A model generated the notes under the pieces. The model was not told where the DNA came from. It saw only the letters and a program-made list of their open reading frames with translations, and made no database searches. DNA of 63,921 nucleotides, the filler included, from Octopus bimaculoides (Eukaryota): assembly GCF_001194135.2 (NCBI RefSeq). It is 5 parts of 5 records of this genome, joined end to end, with 100 filler letters (N's around TTAATTAATTAA, not from the genome) between each part and the next. Parts side by side here need not be neighbours in the genome. Positions count along the whole stretch, not along the records: positions 1 to 24,248 come from NC_068989.1; positions 24,349 to 28,842 come from NC_069003.1; 3 more parts are not named here. The stretch is one strand, 5' to 3'. This document shows, piece by piece, positions 13,090-25,829 of the stretch. How positions within the stretch are numbered: position 1 is the first letter of the stretch; each line of letters begins with the position of its first letter. Made by a program: the position numbers and the translations under genes.

Positions 13090-13193
13090 GTCGGCCCGAA
13101 GCTATAGTAGAAGATACTTGCCCAAGGTGCCATGCAGTGAAACTGAGCCCGGAACCATGTGGTTGGTATGCAAGCTACTTACCACACAGCCAC
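13090..13193 (-). mobile_element. SINE family C head fragment
   Basis: Reverse complement of the head at 63712-63870 (GTGGCTGTGTGGTAAG...CATGGTTCCGGG...CTTGGGCAAGT). Confidence 0.75.
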
Positions 13194-13661
13194 GGCCGCT
13201 AATGTTGTTATCGCTTATGAGTAATAATGTTCTTGATGTATTTATAAATTTATTCACTTAGTTCGTTTTATCAATGCGGCTTCGTTGAAGTGAAATATAG
13301 GTGTTGTTATGAGTATACTTAGCTGAAAAGAATGAAGTACTTCTTGACGCTAGATTCGAAATCATGATACCGGGTTAACTGGTATTCCTTCTTGCAATTT
13401 TGCAGAGGTAAGTTGTAATCTTTATTCGTTTAGTTCTTTTCCAATCATGCCTGTGAATATCTAGTGCTAATTCTTGTGGCTTCGGAGTATTTTGACACTT
13501 ATTTCTGCCAAGCTGATGCCTATTAGTGCCATTGCTATATATAATTCTTATATATATATATACATATATATCTACACATTTTGCCTATACGGTTTTCAGC
13601 CTGCGGTCACTAACATTATTGTCTCTCATGAGTAATAATGTCCTTTATATATCTATTGAGT

Positions 13662-13715
<54 letters not shown>

Positions 13716-14269
13716 GTATATATAGTCTCGAAGAGGACAAATTCAAAAGAAGCTTTTCTAGACACTTATAATATAGAACTCATCTCCGTGAAATATTTTA
13801 TATATATATATATGTGTGTGTGTGTGCGAATGTGTGTGCGTGTGTCAGTGTGTATGTGTGTAATACTTGTTATATATACATTGTGTATTGTTTTGATGTA
13901 TAGTTTACAGGAAAACAAAAATACATTAAAAGGAACTTAGATAAAATATGACAAGAAGAATGTATTTTATAGCAATACAGTACCACAGCAAAAAAAATAT
14001 TACAATAAAAAAAAACAGAAGAAAAAACTACTTGCGTAAATACAGCAGAGAAATAATATAGAACAACAAGCTACCAGTAGAGATGAAAATACAGATAAAT
14101 CTGGATATCGGCTAGCAAAAATCTTCGCTTATAGAGAATATTTTTAAGGTTTATATTGAAAGTAATACGAAAGTGAGAATTTTTTTTTTTCTTTTTATTA
14201 AGAGACAGAAATTGTTCAAATCCTCAATAATATCTCTTTTCTCTGTTCTTTTATTTTGTAGGTTTCAAA

Positions 14270-15230
14270 GCAGAATCAACGTGTTAATATTGAACTCTGG
14301 ATAAGGTATGGGTGTAAGCTGTTTTTGACATTTACAGACATCTACATGTTGTTTATTGAGATGACGTTATTGACAGGAGCAATATGTACAGATGGCTGAA
14401 GAAGTTTAAAGAAGGTAGAAACCATTACATAAGAGCAAATGCGCAGTTGGAGGCCATCAACTGAGACCACTGATATGAAACAGATTGGGGAACTGATTCG
14501 CAGAGGCAGACACGTCAGGATCTCTGAGTTAGCTGCACAACTGGAGACTGAGGTCACAATGCATTACAGAAGATGATGAAAAATTTTGAGTATTGGAAAG
14601 TATGTGCGATGTGCGTAATTTGTCAGTTAACACTCGATTTGAAGAGATGTAAGTCTACTTTGGTCAGTTATATACGTTTAAAGTTAATGAAATCACGTTT
14701 TCTATTTTTCGATCTGGTGACAAACAAACGTGGCCGTATCTTTATGGTCTGAAAATGAAGGTTCAGACAATGAAATAGTCACACCTCTTCTTCAAGTTGT
14801 AGCAAATTCAAGAGTAAGTAATCAGCACAGAAAATCATTGGGATTGTATATCGTCATCTCCTAGATTCTGTGGGGTGTGACTGTACTGTGAACAAGATGT
14901 ATAATGAGACACTCATAAAGCTTAGCAAAGCCATTTAAAGGAAGAGACCGAACAAGAACATGAAAACGTTGCAAGCTCACCATGAGAGTGCACGACTACA
15001 TATATTTTTAGCAACAAATCAGGCAAGCGGCAAATTAGGTTGCTCAGTGGTCCCCAGTCTACTATACCGCCTGGATCTGGTACCCTCCAACTCTCACCTG
15101 TTTGATCCAATGAAGAAAAGTCTTCGAGGACAATGATTTAGTGACTCAGGCGAATGAACACTGGCTCGGGAACGAAATCTGCTAAGGTTGTACAACCAAG
15201 GTCCAAAATCTTTTACAAACAATGTCTTAT
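14270..15230 (+). mobile_element. Old mariner DD34D transposase remnant
   Basis: Degenerate QRVNIEL..., DRSNMYRWLKKFKEGR, GD..TWPYLY, HESARLH...LYRLDLVPSNSHLFDPMKKSLRG. These correspond to mariner TGDETW, HDNARPH and YSPDLAPSDYHLF motifs. Confidence 0.7.
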
Positions 15231-15565
15231 TGTTTTTTTTTAATACTTTATTCTTGTTCTTCGTTCTTTGAGAAAAAACCTAACTTTCAGCTACTTTTTA
15301 CAGATCAACTCTTACGTAGTTTTCTAAATCTGAGAAAAGTAAGTAGGGATGCAAATTTTTATTTTCCAACATCCAAAAAGTTTAGGAGAAGCGCTTACAG
15401 CCCTGCATCCCCATGTTCCTGGGCCATGGAGTTGAAAGTAGCTATAAAGAAGTGGGTATGACTGTGCGCACTTGAATTGTTTTTAAAAATTCAGTTCGGT
15501 TTCAACGATGACACAAACGCATCACTTGGAGTAGAGACTATGTTGAGTATATTTATTTAGGAGAT

Positions 15566-15891
15566 GTGAAGGCGCGTGGCTTAGTGGTTAGGGCATTCGG
15601 CTCACGATCGTAAGGTCGTGAGTTGGATTCCTGGTGACGCGCTGTGTCCTTGAGCAAGACACTTTATTCCACGTTGCTCCAGTCCACTTAGCTGGCAAAA
15701 ATGAGTAGTACCTGTATTTCAAAGGGCCGGCCTTGTCACACTCTGTGTCACGCTGAATCTCCCTGAGAACTACGTTAGGGGTACACGTGTCTGTGGATTG
15801 CTCAGTCACTTGCACGTTAATTTCACGAGCAAGCTGTTCCGTTGATCTTATCAGCTGGGACACTCGTCGTCGTAACCGACGGAGTGCTCCT
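15566..15891 (+). mobile_element. tRNA-derived SINE, family A2, with 14-bp TSD
   Basis: A-box TGGCTTAGTGG, B-box-like GAGTTGGATTCC, GTGTCCTTGAGCAAGACACTT. Its 3' ~190 bp is shared with family A. TSD TTTATTTAGGAGAT at 15552-15565 and 15892-15905. Confidence 0.92.
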
Positions 15892-16112
15892 TTTATTTAG
15901 GAGATAAGTTTCTCTACCAACACATGTAATTTGAACTACCTGTATCAATTAATAAAAACATTGTGTTCGCTTTTGCATACTTCTGATACAAGCATTGTAA
16001 GACATGAGCGTAATAAAATGGCAAAATAGGAAATTACTTTCCCTATGGCAGGAAACATTTTATAGCAGCTGAGTATCAGATATGATGAAAACATAAAACA
16101 ATCATTGTCGGA

Positions 16113-16198
16113 AGTAACAACAAACAAGATGAGGACAAATATCCGTCAAATGTAAATAATGTACATAATTCCACGTCTCTTAAATATAGAACTGTATT
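16113..16198 (+). repeat. Fragment of the interspersed repeat also present at 34320-34425
   Basis: aacaacaaacaagatgaggacaaatatccgtcaaatgtaaataatgtacat...cttaaatatagaactgta is the near reverse complement of 34322-34415. Confidence 0.7.
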
Positions 16199-16610
16199 AG
16201 AACGTAAAGACGGACGAACTGCTTCTAAGCATTTTGCCAGGCACAAGGTCAGAACTTTTGAGGGGAAGTGTGAGTTGATACCATTGACCCCAGTCCTTCG
16301 CTGCTACTTTATTTCATGAATCCTGTTGGGATGAACGACAAAGATGACCATCGTGAGATTTGAACTCAGAACGTAAAAATCCGAAACAAAATACCGCAAT
16401 GCATTTCATCCGACATTCTAAAGATTCTGCCTGTCATGTTCCAACAAAAATAGGCACCAGGCGAGAAATTTCAGGGAGAGGGTTAGTCGATTAAATCGGC
16501 CCCAATATTTGAGTGGTACTTCATTGTATCGATCCCGAACGGATGAGAGGCAAAATCGACCTCGGTAGGGTTTGAACTCAGAATAAGAAGAGCTAGAGCA
16601 AAAATTGCAA
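16197..16610 (-). mobile_element. Cluster of three partial SINE family B copies
   Basis: Repeated gatttgaactcagaacgtaaa / ggatgaNaggcaaa..cgacc motifs. Confidence 0.65.
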
Positions 16611-16769
16611 ATGAAAACGTACTAACAAGGATGAGAACCCTCACTACCCCTGAAAGTGATATTAAAGTGATAAGAAATCATTCCTGTCAGAGATAAGAAA
16701 CCTATGCCACCTATTAAATTAAAACCTGAGTAGAAAAGATTCTATATACATATATAGACTAAATCTTCC

Positions 16770-16836
16770 AAGTCCGATAATAGATCACGAGCTATCTGGA
16801 TGAAAGCCAAGAATCTTAACCACTAGACCACATTGC
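16770..16836 (-). pseudogene. tRNA-Glu(TTC)-like pseudogene or SINE head
   Basis: Minus strand GTGGTCTAGTGGTTAAGATTCTTGGCTTTCATCCAGATAGCTCGTGATCTATTATCGG aligns without gaps to the eukaryotic tRNA-Glu(TTC) as I recall it. The T-arm/B-box is decayed. Confidence 0.55.
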
Positions 16837-17699
16837 AAAGTACTTTTTTGATCGTTTTTATAACATAGTTACTAGTTTATTTGAGATCTTTGGATGTGTT
16901 TCAATTGTTTTTTCAATCAAACATCCGCATCTGCTCCTTCCACTAAATCAACGACGTGTGAAAAATAATTTACTCCAATCCCAAATGAGAAGTGTGTCTC
17001 ATGAAATACATCAGGTGTCTAAGAGGATTCTGGACTCCCGGGCCCTCCTTGTGATACGAACGTCTAAAATTTATAATTTGCAATCTGGGTCCCGAAAATT
17101 CTTATTTCAAGATCTCGAACTTTCTTTGTACAACATACATGATCAAACGGCAGTGGTTGTTAGAGTATCTTTCTTCACTGTAGTTGTTGTTGTTCCTGTT
17201 CATATTGTTGATGCAATTGGTTTGTCTCTTACACCTGTTGTACTTTCTGCTGTAGTATTTGTTGTAGCTTCTTTTTGTGCTGTTTGGTTGTTGTTGTAGC
17301 TCAGGTTGTTCGTTGTGGTACTTGATGTTGTTTCTATGGAATTTACTGTAGATTTTCTTCTTGCCGTCGTCATTGTCTTGAGAGCTCCTTTGTATATTTG
17401 GCTGCGTCTTTTTTTCATTTCAGGAGACAGCTCTTTTGTTTTCACTAATCCATTCAATTCTTCTTTCTTACATACATGTGCATATGTATGGATGGATGTT
17501 TTATATCTATGTATCTACGTATGTGGTTATCGCGCAGCTATGTCTGAACTATGTGCATATTTGTTCGCATGTATCTTTGTGTGCGTACGTATATATGTAT
17601 GTTTTTGTGTGTGTCTTGTGAAGCGTTGCAGACATTTTTAGTATTTCTGAACAAGAAATAAACTGCAAAAAAGATATAAATCACACGACCATAAAACTC

Positions 17700-17761
17700 C
17701 ATTATCGTTATCGTCGTCATCATCATCATTATCACCATCCTCCTCCTCCTCCTCTTCCTTC

Positions 17762-17836
<75 letters not shown>

Positions 17837-18060
17837 ACTTCATCATCTTCAGCAGAATTGATACAATCACATACACTTCGATATACGACACTTCGACACA
17901 CAACACAAACATCCGTATACGACTAGCACCTTAACTTTATCTCCCCCATCATCACCATCACCTCCATTTATGAAATATACTGTATTACCGCCATCATCGT
18001 CGTCATCATCATCATCATCCTCATCTTCACCATCTTGACCATATTAATCACCACCACATA
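17700..18060. repeat. (TCA)n/(TCC)n microsatellites
   Basis: Directly visible. Confidence 0.9.
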
Positions 18061-18554
18061 TATATACATATATATGTTTTCATAACACTGTGTATAAGGA
18101 AAATTTCTCTCCCGACGTAATTACCACAGCGAAGGTTTTTGCACCGTTTAAGTGTATTTGAAGGAGTTAACTTTATTTTAATAATCGTCACTCTAAATGA
18201 TATATATGAAAATTAAATTTTAAATTATAAGCAGCAATAATAATGTAAATATTATCGATGCCACGTACTTAGTATATGTGTTTTGTTCATCTGCTCATTG
18301 GCTGCGGGATAGGTTCAGCGGGAATAGCACCTTTAAGATGCCGACTGTTAAAAACACCGAATTCCTAAAAGGCGGTGAGTAGGTGAGTAGGTGAGTAGGT
18401 GACGAAGAACGATGGATATCGATATTTCGTTGCTTTTGCTACTCATCAGCATTGTATACTCGAGCCAGCTCGAAATGAATTACAATCACAGGTGTCAGGC
18501 TTATATGCAGATAGTAGAGAGTCTATCAGATACGACTCATTTCCCTGCCATCTA

Positions 18555-18945
18555 CCATGATCTCATCATCATCATCAGCATCAGCAACACTATCATTATC
18601 ATCATTTCCATTACCATCATCAAAATCATCATTACCGTTACCTTCTTCTTCTTCTTCTTCTTCTTCTTCTTCTTCTTCTTCTTCTTCTTCTTCTTCTTCC
18701 TACTCCTCCTCTTCCTCCTCAACCTCGTCGTTATCAGCACCACCATCATTATTACCATCCCTATCGTTGACATCCTCGTCGTCATCTTCTTCCTCCTTCA
18801 CCTTCTCCAGCTATTCCACCGCTTCATCCTCCTCTCTCTTCCTCACCATCACAGCCACCATCATCTCCATCATCATTTTTAACTTGTACTTGCCTTCCCC
18901 CCCCCCCACCAGTCACAACTGCCAGTGCTACCACCATCACTATTA
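18555..18945. repeat. Compound CAT/TTC/CTC low-complexity tract
   Basis: Directly visible. Confidence 0.85.
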
Positions 18946-18946
18946 C

Positions 18947-19085
18947 AGGTGAGCTGGCAGAAACGTTAGCACACCGGGCGAAATGCTTAGCGATATTTCG
19001 TCTGTCTTTACGTTCTGAGTTCAAATTCCGCCGAGGTCGACTTTTCTTTTCATCCTTTCGAGGTCGATAAATTAAGTACTAGTTG
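18947..19085 (+). mobile_element. SINE family B, 3' truncated
   Basis: GGTGAGCTGGCAGAAACGTTAGC...GAGTTCAAATTCCGCCGAGGTCGAC...GGTCGATAAATTAAGTACTAG. Confidence 0.85.
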
Positions 19086-20141
<1,056 letters not shown>

Positions 20142-20154
20142 ATGGGTACATATG

Positions 20155-20521
20155 TGAGGAATTGCGAATGAAAAGAGTTGCAGCAAAATTTGTGCCTCGC
20201 TTTCTCACGTGTCGTGAACTGAAAGATCAGTTGGAAGTTGATCCGGTCTCATTATCGAAGCTCATCACTGGTGATGAAAGCTGGTGCTACAGAATTTGCA
20301 GATGTGGAAAACGAGTATGAAAAAAAAAAGCGATGGAGACGTTAAAAGGAATCACTTTGCAAGAGTTCTAAGACTGCTTCGAACAGTGGAAAACTAGTCT
20401 GGACCGATGCATTGCTTCAAATAGAAAATACTTTGTAGGTGATGACAAGTGTAAACATGTAAAACTTAGTGAATAAAATAACATTGGGAAATTCTGGTTT
20501 CTTTTTGGGTGTACCCTCGTA
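20155..20521 (+). mobile_element. Internally deleted mariner with right TIR
   Basis: EELRMKRVAAKFVPRFLT...LITGDESWCY; C-terminal CFEQWKTSLDRCIASNRKYF; ends ...CTTTTTGGGTGTACCCTCGTA. Confidence 0.8.
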
Positions 20522-20544
20522 TATGTACGAGTGTACATGTGTGT

Positions 20545-20751
20545 TATTTCTTTACTGCCCACAAGGGGCTACACACAGAGGGGATAAACAAGGACAGACA
20601 AACGGATTAAGTCGATTATATCGACCCCAGTGCGTAACTGGTACTTATTTAATCAACCCTGAAAGGATGAAAGGCAAAGTCGACCTCGGCGGAATTTGAA
20701 CTCAGAACGTAGCAGCAGATCAAATACTGCTAACCATTTCGCCCGGCGTGC
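20545..20751 (-). mobile_element. SINE family B (long-tail variant), runs into gap
   Basis: Family B core plus a tail (TTAATCCGTTTGTCTGTCCTTGTTTATCCCCTCTGTGTGTAGCCCCTTGTGGGCAGTAAAG) shared with the 47040-47140 copy. Confidence 0.85.
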
Positions 20752-21479
20752 NNNNNNNNNNNNNNNNNNNNNNNNNNNNNNNNNNNNNNNNNNNNNNNNN
20801 NNNNNNNNNNNNNNNNNNNNNNNNNNNNNNNNNNNNNNNNNNNNNTGTGTGTGTGTGTGTGTGTGTGTCTGTGTGTGTGTGTGTGCGTGTGCGCGCGCGC
20901 GTGTGTGTGTGTGTTTGCGTGTGTGTGTGTGTGTGTTTGTTTGTTTCTGTCTCCAAATTTTGTGACAGCCACTTTTGGAATTTTGCATATTGCTTTGGTT
21001 ATGAGAGCGATTGACTAAGATTTCTTACTTCACTCGTATAGATCCATTGAGACGTCTAAAATCTTCACTCTTTTATTCAATATTTCTCGAATATATTATC
21101 CGATATAAATGTCACCAGATATAAAAGATATTTTTGTCATTGATAAAATGCATTGACATCAACTTTATGTGAATGATCTCAGTTTCTGCTATATATAATG
21201 TCTATTTATATTTTACCACCGTTTCTAGTGCCATTCTTTGTGAATAATGAAAACTTTTATCTTATTGCATATAATGACATTCATATTCACACCTGTCATT
21301 CTGTAGTCATTCTGTCTGTTGCATTTTAAATATCCTATTGGAATCAATGAATATTCCGTGACTCCAATCTTTAGGTGTTAACGTTTTATCCTTTGTGAGA
21401 ATTACGAAACTTTCATGCGATGATTAATATGGAATAGTGAATTCTTGCACATCTTTAGCAACTTCAATTCTGGCGAGAT

Positions 21480-21826
<347 letters not shown>

Positions 21827-22289
21827 AGTAGAGCACTTTGCATCACTTTGCTCTAGGCAAACACTAAAAAAGGTGTATTAAACCTGAAAGAATGAACTCC
21901 CGATCAGTGGCAAGTTATTGTAGCAGCCCGAACGAGTTAATGATCGTATTTGTCCAGCTGTGGATTACTATATCCACTTTCTACATATTCTCCGTAGATA
22001 TCATTGTTACATCACATTTTTCCAGCCCGATGCCTTTGAACATCTAACCAATCACTTCTCTATTGACATTGTAAATATTGTGCTCTTGGTGTTTAGTAGA
22101 GTGCAAGAGGATTTAGACCTTCGATACACAGACACGAGAATCTATTTACTTCATAATCTTTAGTCAACACTGAATATTATGACTGACGAATAAAAATAGA
22201 GTTCCTAACAATGGCTTCTGTAGTAACGTTACTCGATACGGTGTGTTGTTGGGAGTCTTTCCTGGTCCAGCTGCTATTTCTCCGCATTG

Positions 22290-22620
22290 ATAGGTCACCA
22301 CAGCTCCGGTATTAGAGACACGTGATTAGAATACTACAGAAAAGACTCGCAAGACGGATTCTTCAAGCTGAGCCAGTTGGTAAGGGACCCGGGGGTTAGA
22401 CGAAGAACAAGACGGTTGGATGATATCCATAATCTCAGTTGCACATGAAAATACAACCAGAAAGTGTTATGAGAATTGCTTCTGATAGGACTCTATGGAA
22501 CAGACGCCTCACGACTCTGCCCCGCTCCAAGACTCTCCAGGAATAGCGGACAGAAATGTATGTATGTATGTATGTATGTATGTATGTATGTATGTATGTA
22601 TGTATGTATGCATGTATGTA
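22290..22620 (+). mobile_element. RTE-type LINE 3' end with (ATGT)n tail
   Basis: VRDPGVRRRTRRLDDIHNL...VMRIASDRTLWNRRLTTLPRSKTLQE* resembles the RTE C-terminus (GRPRTRWLDDI...A.DR..W). It is followed directly by a tetranucleotide tail. Confidence 0.65.
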
Positions 22621-23189
22621 TTATCCATGTATATATATACATATATAGCAAATGAAAGACGGAAGATGGAATATACGAGAATACATTAATAATCCTGACA
22701 ATTGTTTCAACACATCCAGCATCGATTCCTTTTAGGTGGGACACTCAACAACTGGTTCAGGAGCAACCGGTGGTGCAGATGTATCTCGTCGGGTTATAAA
22801 TAAATACAACTCGTTAAAGTTACTGTTCCACAATGTAACTTTCTGTTTTGTAGAGAGAAAAGCAGCCAGACGGAGGAAATATCTTCATTTATATAGAAGA
22901 TCAAAAATAAAATCACAGATGGCAAAAAGAGAAACGGACACGCAATCCAGCGAAAAAAGTACTAAAAATAAGCGTTAACAGATATGGATGTTTAAACACC
23001 CTCGGGCAAGTTGGATGGTGCGAGTTAACACGCTCATACAAGCGTCCACAAAAATGTGAGCATATGCACACGTGAGGTTTGGTGCACTCATGATCACAAA
23101 GCGAGTTAGTTATCTACTTGGTGTTTATAAGAATGGGGAGGTTAAAAGTAAACTTAAGTCATCCATACCTTAAAGTAAATTAAGTTAAG

Positions 23190-24240
23190 TTAACGGTTAC
23201 TCAAAATTCATTCTCACTGCATTGTGCGAAAGTACATTTATATGCGTGTAAGCAACTCGAGAGTCGTTCAGAAATTCTATTAATTTCCTTCTCGTTAGTC
23301 CACAGAATAGAAGGGATTCCTCGCAGCAGAGACGACATCTGTAAATCATACAGTATGGTTTTGCATACCTTACTATGGGCCAATTAATACTGTACTTCGT
23401 TTTATCCTCCTTCAGTCGCCATACAAAATCTGCCAATGATGTTGAATGTCTCTTATTGATTGCCTTAAAGCTAGCAACATGGCTACGATAGCGATTCTTA
23501 AATGAATCAGCCGTCTGCCCAATGTAAACACGGTATATTTATTTGTCTACACGGTATATTTATATATAAGATTTGTACTCATACAGAGATTCATCAAAGG
23601 ACATATTGATTTTTCTATGCATGAGCATTTATCATATTTATTTGTATATAAGGCAATCCCGACCCCATTTACCGTGGTAGCTGTATCATAAGTATTTCTG
23701 CTACTACAAATTGGTCGTAGTTGGTGTTTATCAATGCAGTTTACATCTCTTTGGTTGGTATTTAGATGCAAATGTTCGCTAGATCCAGTAGGTGGGTTAT
23801 TTTGCTATTGTTTAGCAGAGTTGGCATAGGGTACCTTCACGGTGTATTGGTTAAAAAAAAACATGATACCGATTACATTTAGGAAAGCACTTGTCCAAAG
23901 CAGTAAAAAAATTTCCAGTGATCTTAGTTGAAACATGCAAACCGAAAATCGGGTTGAACCAGAGGACATCCTGGTTCGTATATCTGTTGTTAGGCTTATT
24001 TGATCGAGTGTGTTGTACAGGATTGGAGCAAGCAGTTGAATTATTATGTCACGTGTGTCTATGAGTTTTCGTTGGTAGTTCATTGATATGACCAATTCTT
24101 TCTGGCTTGTATTCTTTATCTGAGTGAGTTCTCAAACGGTAACGTTGTGGTGGTATACAATGTACATCACAGTTGGAGAAGAGCTAGTGTTGTGCATGCC
24201 TGCTTCTAGTATATAATGAATTTTTCACGGTACCCAGCCC
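23190..24240 (-). mobile_element. Penelope-like element remnant (RT C-terminus + GIY-YIG endonuclease)
   Basis: Frameshifted DVLWFNPIFGLHVSTKITGNFFTALDKCFP...FNQYTVKVPY; CSCIEKSICPLMNLC...LIYKY...VYIGQTADSFKNRYRSH...STSLADFVWRLK...CRLCCEE. Confidence 0.85.
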
Positions 24241-24382
24241 TATGTATANNNNNNNNNNNNNNNNNNNNNNNNNNNNNNNNNNNNNNNNNNNNTTAATTAA
24301 TTAANNNNNNNNNNNNNNNNNNNNNNNNNNNNNNNNNNNNNNNNNNNNTATATATATATAAATAAATACATATACATGCACA

Positions 24383-25245
24383 CAGGGTGCGGTGAATAAA
24401 TTGTCATCTAAATTACGCAGAAATGAAAATAACACGGACATCTCATTTTAACAGATATATTTACCAAAATTACATAAAATATCTCGAAATACTAAAGAAT
24501 AAATTTGTTCAATAAAATCGCTATCTGCTTCAACCATGGCTTCCTGACAACTTCGGCTCTCCTGCAACTCTTCTGGATGGTCTCTTTGGTTAAGTTGTTG
24601 AATGCTGCCATAATCCTTGCCTTCAGTTTATCTTTGGTGTTACAAGGAGTTTTGTTAGTTTCTCGGTCAACTGCACCCTACACATAATAATTAAGTGGGT
24701 TGTAGTCTGGGGAGTTATGTGACCAGTTGTTAGGGGTGATGTGGTCGCAGAAATTGTCTGACAGCCATGACTGGGTTCTTCTGCTTGTATGACATGGTGC
24801 AGAGCCCTGTTGTCAGACATAGGGTCTTCCATCAGCCACCCTCTTGACCCATGGCAGTACTGCCTCCTCCAGGCACTAGATGTGGGCCCCCGTGTTGAGT
24901 GTGAGGCCGTGTAGGAAGATGAATGGAGGCATAACGTCGCCATCGCTAATGATCACTTCAAATACCTTCGGAATCACCATTAGACTCATCCAAACTTTTC
25001 CGAATCCTCTGCACTGCCCTCGGATTTACAACCAAACACTCTGAAATGTTCGTATTGGAGCTTCCAGCGTGAATGTCAAGCAGTACAGCATGTCATTTCC
25101 AAATTTCTGGCAGAGGGAATTGTATCATGGTGCTGCTTTTTTCACAGACGGTGCCCAACTGATCCTACTATACTGTGTAGTCAACAAAATAAAAAACAAA
25201 CAATGCACATGTGCGAAATAAAAAATATGAAATAGCGACAATTTA
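24383..25245 (-). mobile_element. DD37D (maT)-type Tc1/mariner element, internally deleted
   Basis: TIR CAGGGTGCGGTGAATAAATTGTC (24383-24405). DGDVMPPFIF...QQGSAPCHTSRRTQSWLSDNF...NSPDYNPLNYYV has 37 residues between the second and third catalytic positions, both mutated. Partial opposite TIR GACAATTTA at 25237-25245. Confidence 0.85.
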
Positions 25246-25247
25246 CC

Positions 25248-25534
25248 TGTCGTGCGTGGGAAATGAAAAGAGGTTCACCTACCTTCCTCTCTCGTCTGCA
25301 CCCGTCTAGTAGTAGTCACTCCGGCGATCCTGCCCTACCCTATCACCCAATATAAGCAGCTGCTATTTCACCAGCCCGAGAGCGAATTCCTTGACGTCCG
25401 TTCGCAATGCCTCAGCCGGCTAAAAGAGGACGACCCAATCCTGTTCTCCCCTCACTTCCCTTCTCACGCTTCCTCTTCCGGTCAGTCCCTTGACCACTGA
25501 CGTCATTGTCCTCTTCTTCCGGCTCATCCCTACG
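25248..25534 (-). mobile_element. Gypsy-type LTR (~287 bp)
   Basis: On the minus strand it follows a purine-rich GGAGGG tract at the end of an integrase ORF, begins CGTAGGG (likely TGTAGGG) and ends ...CACGACA. Confidence 0.7.
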
Positions 25535-25825
25535 CGCCCTCCATGTCGGAATCTACCACCCATCCGGGTGGGCACCTTGCACGTTGTGATCTTAAACTGG
25601 GAATCTCATTCTCTTCCCCTTCTCCACAGTCGTCATCCGACGAAGCGACAATCCTACGAACATCCAAGACATGACGCGGCATTCCATCCACAGAGATGTT
25701 GTTTTTGGAATTGACAGCCGTCACTATTCCTTTGTGCCACTGAGTTGTGTAGCGTGCCTCTGGTGGTTTGACCCAGACTTCATCACGTCGATCCCGTCTA
25801 CCACATGGTCGATCACGATCGCCCG
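25535..25825 (-). mobile_element. Gypsy integrase C-terminal fragment
   Basis: DEVWVKPPEARYTTQWHKGIVTAVNSKNNISVDGMPRHVLDVRRI...RSQRARCPPGW is typical of invertebrate Gypsy pol C-termini. Confidence 0.75.
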
Positions 25826-25829
25826 AAGC

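Noticed and set aside
14262-14305. Possible 44-nt micro-exon with good acceptor and AAG|GTATGG donor
   Set aside because: The sequence is the start of the decayed mariner ORF. Exonisation cannot be supported without transcripts.
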